Source: Candidatus Parcubacteria bacterium
GTDB taxonomy: Bacteria; Patescibacteriota; Minisyncoccia; Phycocordibacterales; JAACPR01
NCBI GenBank assembly: GCA_041158505.1
Contig: JBEBBG010000009.1
Span: forward strand, 5,157-69,156
Length of the DNA: 64,000 bases
Reading direction: 5' to 3'
The position numbers and the translations under genes were made by a program. How positions within the stretch are numbered: position 1 is the stretch's first letter; each line of letters opens with the position of its first letter. The notes beneath the pieces are model-generated. The model had not been told where the DNA came from, made no database searches, and saw only the letters and a program-made list of their open reading frames with translations. This document shows, one piece after another, positions 18,429-27,663 of this stretch.

Positions 18429-19466
18429 ATGTCAATTACACTCAGTTTCAAACCAAAGCAAATCTCTAAAAAACTTTTGGAGACACTTCCGGAGCGTTCA
18501 CGTGACATTCTTACGAGTCGCTACGGTCTTGGTGAGGACGCAGAGACAAAAACGCTTGAAGCAATCGGTCAGGCATACGGCATCACCCGTGAGCGTGTCC
18601 GACAAATCGAAGAGTACTCACTTGCAAACATTCGCAAGTCTGATGAATTCGAAAAAACCATTCCTGTTTTTGAAGAACTCAAAGAGTCAGTAAAGACACT
18701 TGGCGGCGTTGTTCCTGAGCAGGAGCTTCTCGACGTCATTTCATCAAATAAGAGCATCCAGAACCATCTCCACTTCTTGCTCGTCCTCGGCGATCCTTTT
18801 GTAAAACTTAAAGAGGATAATCAGTTTACATGCCGATGGTGTGTTGATGAGCCGCTCGCAAAAAAGATTGAAGACTCAATCAAAAAGCTCTACAGCAGCT
18901 TGAACGATGACGACATCATCCCTGAATCAGAAATGATTACGATGTTCCTCGACCATATTAAGGAAGTATCTGATGTGTACAAAGACAAAGAGGTGCTCAA
19001 GCGATGGCTCGGCATGTCAAAGAAGATTGGACGAAATCCACTTGGTGAGTGGGGACGCGCAGATTCTCCAAACATTAACGTAAAGGGTATGCGTGACTAC
19101 GCGTACCTCGTGATTCGCCGTCACGGTTCACCAATTCACTTCCGTGAAGTTGCACAGCAGATTGAGCAGCTTTTTGGAAAGAAAGCCCACGTTGCCACAA
19201 CGCACAACGAATTGATCAAGGACAAACGATTCGTACTTGTAGGTCGCGGACTCTACGCGCTTTCTGATTGGGGATACATGAGTGGTGTTGTTCGCGATGT
19301 TATTGTGAAAATTCTCAAGAAGCACGGACCACTTACAAAGGATGAAATCATTGATAAGGTGCTCAAGGAGCGATACGTCAAAGAAAACACTATCCTTGTA
19401 AACCTCCAGAACCCAACCTTCTTTAAAAAGGATGCAAAGGGGCGATACGCTCCCGTGACTGCATAG
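18429..19466 (+). CDS. Sigma-70 region 4 + HARE-HTH-like DNA-binding protein
   Basis: N-terminal TLEAIGQAYGITRERVRQIE (sigma4 HTH) without sigma region 2; C-terminal PIHFREVA..TTHNELIKDKRFVLVGRGLYAL. Confidence 0.8.
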   Translation: MSITLSFKPKQISKKLLETLPERSRDILTSRYGLGEDAETKTLEAIGQAYGITRERVRQIEEYSLANIRKSDEFEKTIPVFEELKESVKTLGGVVPEQELLDVISSNKSIQNHLHFLLVLGDPFVKLKEDNQFTCRWCVDEPLAKKIEDSIKKLYSSLNDDDIIPESEMITMFLDHIKEVSDVYKDKEVLKRWLGMSKKIGRNPLGEWGRADSPNINVKGMRDYAYLVIRRHGSPIHFREVAQQIEQLFGKKAHVATTHNELIKDKRFVLVGRGLYALSDWGYMSGVVRDVIVKILKKHGPLTKDEIIDKVLKERYVKENTILVNLQNPTFFKKDAKGRYAPVTA

Positions 19467-19484
19467 GTTGTTTCAATCCAACTA

Positions 19485-19518
19485 ATCAACAAAGCCGGGC
19501 CTTGTGCCCGGCTTGTTG
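19485..19518 (+). terminator. Hairpin (terminator/extragenic palindrome)
   Basis: AAGCCGGGC-CTTGT-GCCCGGCTT stem flanked by CAACA/TGTTG. Confidence 0.65.
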
Positions 19519-19549
19519 TATTATTGGCATGTTACAATAGCAAGCACGT

Positions 19550-20791
19550 ATGGTGGAGTTCGATATCATTGAGAGAGTCATTGATGTACTCATTATGGTG
19601 CTTCCAATTTTGATTCCGATTGGCTTGGCAGCAATTCTTGTTGATTTGTATGTTGATGCAAATAAGCGCGCTTTTCTTGCGAGTCAGGAGTACATGTTGC
19701 TTGAAATCATGCCGCCACAAGACATATTTAAATCGCCAGCCGCGATGGAGCTTTTCTTGATGGCAATTTACCAAACAAGTGGTGAGAGCACGTGGTATGA
19801 TCGAAACGTAAAAGGAAAAAGCCGCGCATGGTTTTCACTTGAAATCGTTTCGACAGAAGGTAATGTCCGTTTCTTTATTTGGACTCGAACAGCGTTTGCA
19901 AAGTTGCTTGAGACACAGCTCTACGCACAGTTTCCGGGAATTGAGGTAACTCGATTGAACGATGATTACACACACGGCTGGGAGTATGATCCAGACCGTG
20001 TTGAACTTTTTGGCCTTGAGTATGCGTTGACCCAGCCAGATCCATATCCAATTAAAACGTACGTTGATTACGGGCTCGATAAAGAGCAAGAGGAAGACTA
20101 TAAAGTTGATCCCATTACGCCAACAATCGAGTTTCTTGGAAGCCTCGGCCCCGGAGAGCACGGATGGATTCAGATTATAGTTCGTGCACACAAAAAAGAA
20201 GATCCAGATCCAACAAAGTGGTTTGGCGTGCGAGATAACTGGAAAGAAACCGCCAAATCGGAAATTGCAAAAATCCGAAAAGAGGGACTTATTGATGCGG
20301 GAGAATCAAAGCAGGTGCAGACCACAAAGGGTCAGGAGCTTCGCATTGCTGCAATTGAGCGCAGCGTCTCAAAGCTTGCCTTCGACACCGGTATTCGAAG
20401 TATTTACATAACTGAAAAAGCTGCGTTTCAAGGAAGCAACATTAGTGTGATGGTGGGAGCGTTCAAACAGTACGGTTCACTAGAGCTTAACGGATTTAAA
20501 CCTGCATGGACGACAAGTTTTGACTACCCGTGGCAGGATCCGACGGGGCGAAAAGTCGCGGCGCTCAAACAAGAAATTCTAGAAGCATACAAAGGGCGTG
20601 AATATTTCTTCCGAACGCGCCCACAGTTCCGCACCTTATTACCTGCAAAAATTGTAGATCGAGAGCACTTTGTGCTTAATACAGAAGAATTGGCTACCAT
20701 CTATCACTTCCCAGGTAAGGTTGTTGGTACACCGTCAGTACAGCGCGTCACCTCAAAGAAGGCGACACCACCACCAAATCTTCCTGTATAA
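19550..20791 (+). CDS. Conserved CPR-type membrane-anchored hypothetical protein
   Basis: N-terminal TM, LLEI.PP....KSP.AME, FSLEIVS, LYAQFP, LNTEELATIYHFP, PPPNLP end. Confidence 0.75.
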   Translation: MVEFDIIERVIDVLIMVLPILIPIGLAAILVDLYVDANKRAFLASQEYMLLEIMPPQDIFKSPAAMELFLMAIYQTSGESTWYDRNVKGKSRAWFSLEIVSTEGNVRFFIWTRTAFAKLLETQLYAQFPGIEVTRLNDDYTHGWEYDPDRVELFGLEYALTQPDPYPIKTYVDYGLDKEQEEDYKVDPITPTIEFLGSLGPGEHGWIQIIVRAHKKEDPDPTKWFGVRDNWKETAKSEIAKIRKEGLIDAGESKQVQTTKGQELRIAAIERSVSKLAFDTGIRSIYITEKAAFQGSNISVMVGAFKQYGSLELNGFKPAWTTSFDYPWQDPTGRKVAALKQEILEAYKGREYFFRTRPQFRTLLPAKIVDREHFVLNTEELATIYHFPGKVVGTPSVQRVTSKKATPPPNLPV

Positions 20792-20809
20792 TAATCCCGA
20801 CCTATACTC

Positions 20810-21799
20810 ATGGAACGACTACGCGCATATTTTTCTGTCATTCGTACACACCTGGCCCGCACGCATGGGTGGTTGCTTGTACTCATTATTGCACTACTGC
20901 TTTCTATCGTGTGGGTGTGGGCAACAACAGCTCCAAGCGCGCTTGTTGTGCCAGTTGCAATCGACGTGCCGAAAGGAGCAACGGTGAAAGAGATTACGCA
21001 GCAGCTCAAGGACGCAGGCCTCATTCGTTCACGGGCCGTAACAAATACCATCATTATTGTGAGCGGGCGTGATACAAAGATTGTTTCAGGAACATACCTG
21101 TTTGAGCGCCGGCCGAGCACGTTTGAAGTTGTGCGTCGTGTGACACGAGGAGATTTTGGTGTCGAAACAAAAGAGGTGCGCATTCCAGAAGGTGCTACAA
21201 CCAAGCAAATTGGTGAATTGTTTGAACAAGAGTTTGCGTATTTTGATAAAGATGCCTTTTACCAGCTCACTGAAGGTAAAGAGGGGTACTTGTTCCCTGA
21301 CACGTATCAATTTTTAGAAACGGTTAAGGCGTATGAAGTTGTTGCTGCTCTAGAAGAAAATTTTGCGAAGCAGACAGCTGCATTACTTCCACTAATGAAA
21401 GCATCAGAAAGAACACTGGAAGATGTCGTTATTATGGCCTCAATTATTGAGCGCGAAGCAACTGCAGATTCTCGGCAGGCAGTTGGTAATATTTTATGGA
21501 AACGAATTGAAATTGAAATGCCACTGCAAGTTGACGCTACGTTCGTGTACTCAGTGGGGCGCGGCACATTTGATTTAACAAAGGCAGATTTAGCAAATGA
21601 GGATAATCCTTACAATACGTATACACACAAAGGTTTGCCCCCAACAGCAATTAGTAATCCTGGATTTGAATCATTGAAGGCGGCCGCCACAAAAGAGGAT
21701 ACTGACTATCTTTTTTTCCTAACTGGACACGATGGTGAGATGTACTACGCAGAAACCTTTGAAGGGCATAAGCGGAATCGTGCGCGCTACCTAAACTAG
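20810..21799 (+). CDS. mltG: Endolytic transglycosylase MltG (paralog 2)
   Basis: EGYLFPDTY, MASIIERE, MPLQVDATF, NPYNTY..GLPPTAISNPG. Confidence 0.92.
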   Translation: MERLRAYFSVIRTHLARTHGWLLVLIIALLLSIVWVWATTAPSALVVPVAIDVPKGATVKEITQQLKDAGLIRSRAVTNTIIIVSGRDTKIVSGTYLFERRPSTFEVVRRVTRGDFGVETKEVRIPEGATTKQIGELFEQEFAYFDKDAFYQLTEGKEGYLFPDTYQFLETVKAYEVVAALEENFAKQTAALLPLMKASERTLEDVVIMASIIEREATADSRQAVGNILWKRIEIEMPLQVDATFVYSVGRGTFDLTKADLANEDNPYNTYTHKGLPPTAISNPGFESLKAAATKEDTDYLFFLTGHDGEMYYAETFEGHKRNRARYLN

Positions 21800-21805
21800 C
21801 GCTGC

Positions 21806-21837
21806 AAAAGAAAAAGCGATTCCCATATGGGAATCGC
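21806..21837 (-). terminator. Intrinsic terminator for the minus-strand ORF 21869-22192
   Basis: Perfect palindrome GCGATTCCCATATGGGAATCGC (21816-21837) preceded by AAAAGAAAAA (U-tract on minus). Confidence 0.75.
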
Positions 21838-21868
21838 AGTGATGCGATGATGCACTGGTTGTTGCTTT

Positions 21869-22192
21869 TCAGGCCGCATATGCGGCAGACAACGGAACGA
21901 TGTTCTCGGGCTCCGGAGTGTTCTCACTTGCCGGCATACCGGCAAAGAGTCGGGTCACGTCAGGGTTCGCTTGTGCAAACTTGCTGGCGAAGAGCTGGCT
22001 CGCTTTGCTCCACTTTCCAGAGTTTGCACCACGAACGAACGATTGTTCGCAGGGTGCACAGGTGACCAGCTGAATGTGGTCACCCTGCTCGAGGTGGATT
22101 TTCGGACGCTTGCCGGCGATGTGTTCATGGAACGCATCGCAGCAGGAACAGCCAGTTTCGGTGGGGACGGAAGGAACGGGTATTGCTTTCAT
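21869..22192 (-). CDS. Small Cys-rich hypothetical protein
   Basis: 107 aa, CSCC and CAPC motifs; fills the mltG-mnmA gap; own minus-strand terminator. Confidence 0.55.
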   Translation of the reverse strand: MKAIPVPSVPTETGCSCCDAFHEHIAGKRPKIHLEQGDHIQLVTCAPCEQSFVRGANSGKWSKASQLFASKFAQANPDVTRLFAGMPASENTPEPENIVPLSAAYAA

Positions 22193-22231
22193 AAGGGCAC
22201 TAGTGCAAGATGGTCACATATATACAAAAAT

Positions 22232-23308
22232 ATGTCAAGCAAGCGGCTGGGGAAAGGTACAAAGCAGCGTATTTGTGTAGGCGTCTCAGGCGGCGTTGAT
22301 TCTTCTGTTGCGCTAGCCTTGCTTAAGGAACAGGGGCATGATGTGACAGGTGTTTTTATCAAAATCTGGGACCCTGAATTGTCTCAGTGTGACTGGCGTG
22401 CCGAGATGCAAGACGCTATGCGTGTCTGTGCACAGCTTGATGTGCCATTCAGAATGGTTGATTTATCCGATGTGTATCGATCAGAAGTGATTACCTACAT
22501 GATTGAGGCATACACACAAGGTATGACACCGAATCCGGATGTTATGTGTAATAAAGCAGTTAAATTCGGTGCATTTTTTACATGGGCAATGGAGCAGGGG
22601 TTTGATGCGGTAGCTACAGGACACTATGCCACAGTATCTGCTACTGGTGAACTACGAGTGGCGAAAGATGCTGCAAAAGATCAGAGCTATTTCCTCTGGA
22701 ATGTTCCAAAGGAGCGTTTGAAAAAAACACGCTTTCCTGTCGGTGAATACACAAAGATGGATGTTCGGGAACTCGCAAAACGTTTTAATCTGCCTACTGC
22801 AAATAAAGCAGACAGCCAAGGTCTCTGTTTTATTGGGCCGGTTGATGTAAAGACGTTTCTAGCGAGCAGAGTGCAGGTTTCTCCTGGTTTGGTTCTCGCT
22901 ACAAATGGAGAAACTATTGGAACTCATAAAGGCGCACTTCTGTATACGCTCGGTGAGCGACACGGTTTTTCTATAACAACACACGATACTGCCCGCAAAC
23001 CATACTATGTAGTGGCGCGTGATATACACGCAAATACCATTACCGTTTCCCGCGAACCTCGTATAGATGGAGCCGTACGATCTGTACTACTGCAGAACAC
23101 AAACTGGTTCGAAGAAGGTACTGACATGCGAGTCGATGCTGTTATTCGTTACCATGGCACACGCCACCCAGCAACACTTACCCGTACCGCAGACGGCGCG
23201 CTCGTTGTATTTGATACTCCAGTGCCAGGTGTTGCCCTTGGACAATCAGTTGTTTGTTACCAAGGAGATGTATGTGTGGTAGGTGGTAGCGCATCTGCAA
23301 CGTCCTAG
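22232..23308 (+). CDS. mnmA: tRNA-specific 2-thiouridylase
   Basis: SGGVDSS, TPNPDVMCN, ATGHY, KDQSYFL, DSQGLCFIG; ATG 22232 chosen. Confidence 0.95.
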   Translation: MSSKRLGKGTKQRICVGVSGGVDSSVALALLKEQGHDVTGVFIKIWDPELSQCDWRAEMQDAMRVCAQLDVPFRMVDLSDVYRSEVITYMIEAYTQGMTPNPDVMCNKAVKFGAFFTWAMEQGFDAVATGHYATVSATGELRVAKDAAKDQSYFLWNVPKERLKKTRFPVGEYTKMDVRELAKRFNLPTANKADSQGLCFIGPVDVKTFLASRVQVSPGLVLATNGETIGTHKGALLYTLGERHGFSITTHDTARKPYYVVARDIHANTITVSREPRIDGAVRSVLLQNTNWFEEGTDMRVDAVIRYHGTRHPATLTRTADGALVVFDTPVPGVALGQSVVCYQGDVCVVGGSASATS

Positions 23309-23326
23309 TGTTATACTAGGTTTGTT

Positions 23327-23788
23327 ATGCAAAAGACAACCACAGGAGTACTGATTGCTGGGTGTATTATTATTGGCATTGCAATTGCACTCTACGTTTC
23401 GACAAAGACAGAGCAGTACATTGAAACGCCGCGAGAAGAGATGATTGAGGAGCTTGCCTCTACACCAACGACAACCGTTATGGTAAAGCACCAGTACAAA
23501 GATGGTGTTCATACCTTTGCAGGTGTTGTTGAGACACCAACCCCTTGTTACGATACGCGCGCAATTATCGTCAGTGGCGATGTGAACGAGATTCAAATCA
23601 GGACAGAGGAACAAGCTGTTGAGGTTTGTGCCCAGACAGTTACTGACCAACCATTTAAGGTAAGTCACCAGTCAGCGCCTGATGCTCGATTCCTCATGAC
23701 GCTAAATGGAGAACTGGTAAACATGAACCAGTTTGATATTGATGCAGATGTGGATATCGATACCGTAGAGGTGCTCATTAAGGGGTAA
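23327..23788 (+). CDS. Membrane-anchored hypothetical protein
   Basis: N-terminal TM, PTPC and VCAQ Cys pair; TGtTATACT upstream. Confidence 0.75.
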   Translation: MQKTTTGVLIAGCIIIGIAIALYVSTKTEQYIETPREEMIEELASTPTTTVMVKHQYKDGVHTFAGVVETPTPCYDTRAIIVSGDVNEIQIRTEEQAVEVCAQTVTDQPFKVSHQSAPDARFLMTLNGELVNMNQFDIDADVDIDTVEVLIKG

Positions 23789-23800
23789 TACTAACGTTGT

Positions 23801-24658
23801 ATGCGCACGGTCCAGATTGTAAAAGGGAATGGTGATCGTGAGTCATTTGATCCAGATAAACTGAGGCAATCACTCTTGCGCGCGCACGCCACCACGATTG
23901 CGGCAGAGGCTGTTGTTGACGCAATTACAAAAGAAATTCGGGCAGGGATGAGTACTGGTGATATCTATCGTCGCGCCTTTACTCTGCTTAGTTCTACTGA
24001 GCATAGTGCCGCGCTTACGTATAGCATTAGACGCTCAGTTCTTAACTTAGGACCGACAGGTTTTCCTTTTGAGCGCTACATTGCCGAATTGCTTGCAGAG
24101 CAGGGCTACAAAACAAGAACTGGTCAGCACATACAAGGGCGCTGCATTGAACATGAGGTTGATGTTGTCGCTTGGAACAATGAGCAGCTGCTATTTGCTG
24201 AGGTTAAATTCCATAATGAATTAACAATGAAAAGCGATACAAAAACCGCTTTGTACGTTAAGGCGCGTTTTGATGACCTCTACGATCACACGCATCGAAT
24301 TGAGGGCAAAGAGAGAACCTTGACCCGCGGCATGCTCATTACAAATACAAAATTCACGCAAGGGGCAAAAGAGTATGCGTCATGCGTGGGAACATTCGAC
24401 ATGATTAGTTGGGATTACCCTGAGCATGGAAATTTGTACGACATGATTGCTCAAACAGGACTGCACCCAATGACATGCCTCCCAAGTCTCTCTGAACATG
24501 ATAAAAGAGAGTTGCTCAAACGTGGTATTTTGCATTGTAAGACGCTGCAAGAAGATCCATCGATTATGCGTAGCATTGGTTTGCCCGATACTGCGATTGA
24601 AACAGTCGTGCGTGACGTTGAACAGCTCCGGAAGCCAAAGCGGTCGCACGACCTGTGA
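23801..24658 (+). CDS. ATP-cone + PD-(D/E)xK (Mrr-like) nuclease domain protein
   Basis: N-terminal IVKGNGDRESFDPDKL (ATP cone); GPTGFPFE, HEVDVVA, AEVKFH. Confidence 0.8.
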   Translation: MRTVQIVKGNGDRESFDPDKLRQSLLRAHATTIAAEAVVDAITKEIRAGMSTGDIYRRAFTLLSSTEHSAALTYSIRRSVLNLGPTGFPFERYIAELLAEQGYKTRTGQHIQGRCIEHEVDVVAWNNEQLLFAEVKFHNELTMKSDTKTALYVKARFDDLYDHTHRIEGKERTLTRGMLITNTKFTQGAKEYASCVGTFDMISWDYPEHGNLYDMIAQTGLHPMTCLPSLSEHDKRELLKRGILHCKTLQEDPSIMRSIGLPDTAIETVVRDVEQLRKPKRSHDL

Positions 24659-24703
24659 GTAAGGTTTTACCTTTAGCTATAAAAACGTTCTATACTAGTA
24701 CGT

Positions 24704-25873
24704 ATGTTAGGTTGGGGAACACGCAAGCAGCGTGCCGAGTGTAAACTTATTGTTGATATTCGAAGTGCCTCTGTAGGCGCAGCGCTTGTCGTCTATGGAG
24801 AAGCTGCTCCATCGTACGTGTATGGTACTCGAGTGCCTATTGATGCCGCCGCATCTAAAGATGCGGCGGCCATAACACCTGCAATGCTTGCTGCACTTGC
24901 GCAGGTGGGGCAAAAGGTTGTGGCTGAAGGTTTGCCACGTTTGGCAGTAAGCACGGGCGCTCCGCGTGTCACAGAGGCAGTCATTGCCTTTGCTGCGCCA
25001 TGGTATACAGCGCTGGTACATGATATTTCAGTAAAAAAAGAAAAGCCGTTTATTCTTACGAGGCACGCATGGAAGCAGTTGCTCGAAGAAAAGCTTACTA
25101 CTGTTGCCAAACAGCCAACAGGTTACAGCAACCTAGAACACGACATCACTCGCGTGATGGTGAATGGGTATGAACTAAAAGATCCATTTCATAAAAAGGT
25201 TCAGGAGATGCTCATCGCTCTTTACACCAGCTTTGTAAGCGAGCAAACAAAAACCGCTGTGGCAGAGGCAGTCCAAAAGCATTTTCACGGAGTTCCTTGT
25301 ACGTACAAGACAATGCCGCTCATCTCTTTCACGACACTCCGAGATATGTTTTGGAATGTCGATCGATTTACGTTTTTTGATGTCGGAGGGTTGGTTACCG
25401 AAGTTGGTGTTGTTGAGGGGGGAACGATAACGCATATTATGAGCGTCCCCTATGGATCACAGCATATGCTCCAGGCGGTACAAGCGGCATGCAGTATGGA
25501 TGATGCTACGCTAACCTCTGCAATGAGCATGCTTGCAAAAAACGAACTGCATCCATCGTGTACGGAAGCACTTGCTACAGCACGGACCGCGGCGGAACAA
25601 GCTTGGGTTACGGCAATTCGAACCCAGCTCGATGTCGAGGGTATTACATTGCCACCACGAGTTTTTGTTCAAGTCGCCCCAAGTCTACAGCCAATATTTG
25701 GAGCCCTCTTTGGGGCACCACAGCATCGCAAAACACTCTTTGGGTCAGACCAAGAGATACAGGTTGCTGTACTCACGCAGGATCATGTTCGAAAGTACAT
25801 TGATATACCAAAAGACACCCTGATTGACCCTTTTATGCTATTAACAGCTCTTTTCTTGCGTACTTCAAGGTAG
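24704..25873 (+). CDS. FtsA/PilM-like actin-fold protein
   Basis: IVDIRSASVGA and FFDVGGLVTEV phosphate-loop-like motifs. Confidence 0.6.
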   Translation: MLGWGTRKQRAECKLIVDIRSASVGAALVVYGEAAPSYVYGTRVPIDAAASKDAAAITPAMLAALAQVGQKVVAEGLPRLAVSTGAPRVTEAVIAFAAPWYTALVHDISVKKEKPFILTRHAWKQLLEEKLTTVAKQPTGYSNLEHDITRVMVNGYELKDPFHKKVQEMLIALYTSFVSEQTKTAVAEAVQKHFHGVPCTYKTMPLISFTTLRDMFWNVDRFTFFDVGGLVTEVGVVEGGTITHIMSVPYGSQHMLQAVQAACSMDDATLTSAMSMLAKNELHPSCTEALATARTAAEQAWVTAIRTQLDVEGITLPPRVFVQVAPSLQPIFGALFGAPQHRKTLFGSDQEIQVAVLTQDHVRKYIDIPKDTLIDPFMLLTALFLRTSR

Positions 25874-25894
25874 CTTGTGGTACAATTTTCAAGT

Positions 25895-27340
25895 ATGACA
25901 AACGAGGTTCCCCAAGACGCACAACCACACAAGCGCTCAATTAGAAACATTCCTTTGCCAGACAACCGTCGTCGCATTGTGACAAGCTACGACATTGAAT
26001 CGGTTGCACCTCCAACGCCACCACGTCCGCAGCAAATGCATGATGAACGACCAGCCCCTGTACGAGAAACAGTAACCACACGCCTAACTTCAGAATCAAT
26101 GACACCTCCAGCGTACAATCAGGAACAAGAAGAGACCGAATACGAAGTACCACGACGAGCTCGGCAGAGCAGTGCGTCAGCGCCTCGTAGAGCTTCTCGA
26201 AAGCGGTCATACGTCTTGCTTACTTCAATTGCGGTCATCGTTATTGCAGTTCTTGGCATGTTCTTCTCATTTGGTGGCGCAACGGTGACTGTGTACCCAC
26301 GACAAGTAACAACTACGCTAAGCGCCGAGGTAGAGGCTCAAAACCTCGCAACCCCTACATCAAGTCCTGCGCTCTCTTTTACAGCAGAATCAATCGTTGC
26401 TGAAGCTACACGTGAGGTTGTGGCGACTGGTGAAGAAGAGGTTGTAGAAAAGGCAAAGGGCCGAATTACTATCGTGAATGAGTATTCAGAAGAAGAGCAG
26501 CGTCTTCTCAAGAATACCCGTTTTGAATCACCAGATGGTCTTATCTTTAGAATTCCTGATTCAGTAGTGGTTCCAGGATTTACTCGAGATGCCTCTGGAA
26601 ATGTGGTGCCAGGTAAGCTTGTTGCTGAAGTGGTTGCTGATCAACCAGGTAAAGAGTACAACATTGGCGCAACGAACCGCTTTACCGTACCAGGTTTTAA
26701 AGATATGCCACAGTACAGCAGCTTCTACGCTACGTCTGATAGTCAGATGGTTGGAGGATTTAACGGTGTAAAGAAGATTGTTTCTGCAGAAGACAGAAAT
26801 CGAGCAGAGCGAGAGCTTCGGGATGATATTAAGCAGCAGCTTGCAGCCCGTGCGGCTGAACGAAAGGTTGAAGGGAGCGTTATTCTTACCGACGACAGCT
26901 TAACGCTCTACGAGACACTCGAAGAGACAAGTGAGGGTGATACAGTAACACTTGGTATGCGCGGTACTACAAAGGCGGTTATGGTACGAGCAGACGCGCT
27001 CGCACAAGTCCTTGCACAAACCGATTTAAACTCATACACAGAAGGAGACATTGTTAGCATTACCAACCTTGGGGAGCTTCGTATGCGAGCCTTTGCAAAA
27101 ACTGGAGACACAACGTTTAGCACCGTTAGAATTGCCGTTGAAGGTGATGCAACCTTCGAATGGGTACTTGATGAGGCGGCATTTAAGCAGGCGCTCGCTG
27201 GCAGCGATAAAGATGACCTCGCAACTATCGTGCCTACCTTTAAGGCAATTACTAAGGCAAGTGCCAAGATCCGACCTATTTGGAAAGGTTCATTCTCTGA
27301 AAATACCGAAAAAATTACCATTGTTTATGCAAAAGAGTAG
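25895..27340 (+). CDS. Membrane-anchored protein with baseplate J-like region
   Basis: Disordered N-terminus, TM, KAKGRITIVN, TRF, ADQPGKEYNI, GG motif. Confidence 0.6.
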   Translation: MTNEVPQDAQPHKRSIRNIPLPDNRRRIVTSYDIESVAPPTPPRPQQMHDERPAPVRETVTTRLTSESMTPPAYNQEQEETEYEVPRRARQSSASAPRRASRKRSYVLLTSIAVIVIAVLGMFFSFGGATVTVYPRQVTTTLSAEVEAQNLATPTSSPALSFTAESIVAEATREVVATGEEEVVEKAKGRITIVNEYSEEEQRLLKNTRFESPDGLIFRIPDSVVVPGFTRDASGNVVPGKLVAEVVADQPGKEYNIGATNRFTVPGFKDMPQYSSFYATSDSQMVGGFNGVKKIVSAEDRNRAERELRDDIKQQLAARAAERKVEGSVILTDDSLTLYETLEETSEGDTVTLGMRGTTKAVMVRADALAQVLAQTDLNSYTEGDIVSITNLGELRMRAFAKTGDTTFSTVRIAVEGDATFEWVLDEAAFKQALAGSDKDDLATIVPTFKAITKASAKIRPIWKGSFSENTEKITIVYAKE

Positions 27341-27387
27341 CGTTTCGTTTGACGGCGCAACCTCGGCTAATGTATAGTGTGCAGCAC

Positions 27388-27618
27388 ATGAAAGCGGCAG
27401 CAAAACCAGAATCAGAAGCAAAAAAGGGAGTCGAAGGGACTGTTATTGAGGCCCTTCCAAATACCATGTTTCGAGTTTTGCTCGAAGACAATACTGAGCT
27501 GTTAGCTTTTTTGGCAGGCAAGATGCGTATGCACAGAATCCGCGTTATGGTGGGTGACCGTGTCGCAATGGAGCTCGATCCGTATGGAGGAAAAGCCCGA
27601 ATCTTTAAGCGCCTGTAG
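27388..27618 (+). CDS. infA: Translation initiation factor IF-1
   Basis: EGTVIEALPNTMFRV, GKMRMHRIRVMVGDRV. Confidence 0.95.
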   Translation: MKAAAKPESEAKKGVEGTVIEALPNTMFRVLLEDNTELLAFLAGKMRMHRIRVMVGDRVAMELDPYGGKARIFKRL

Positions 27619-27663
27619 GGGACTTTACTATTTTTAACCTTTCTGCTACACTAGCCACTCGTA

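Noticed and set aside
21971-22231. Long N-terminal extension of mnmA
   Set aside because: Overlaps the minus-strand ORF that has its own terminator; MnmA homology begins after ATG 22232.
25895-27340. Prophage suggested by baseplate-J-like protein
   Set aside because: No other phage genes; protein has a TM anchor and sits in housekeeping context.
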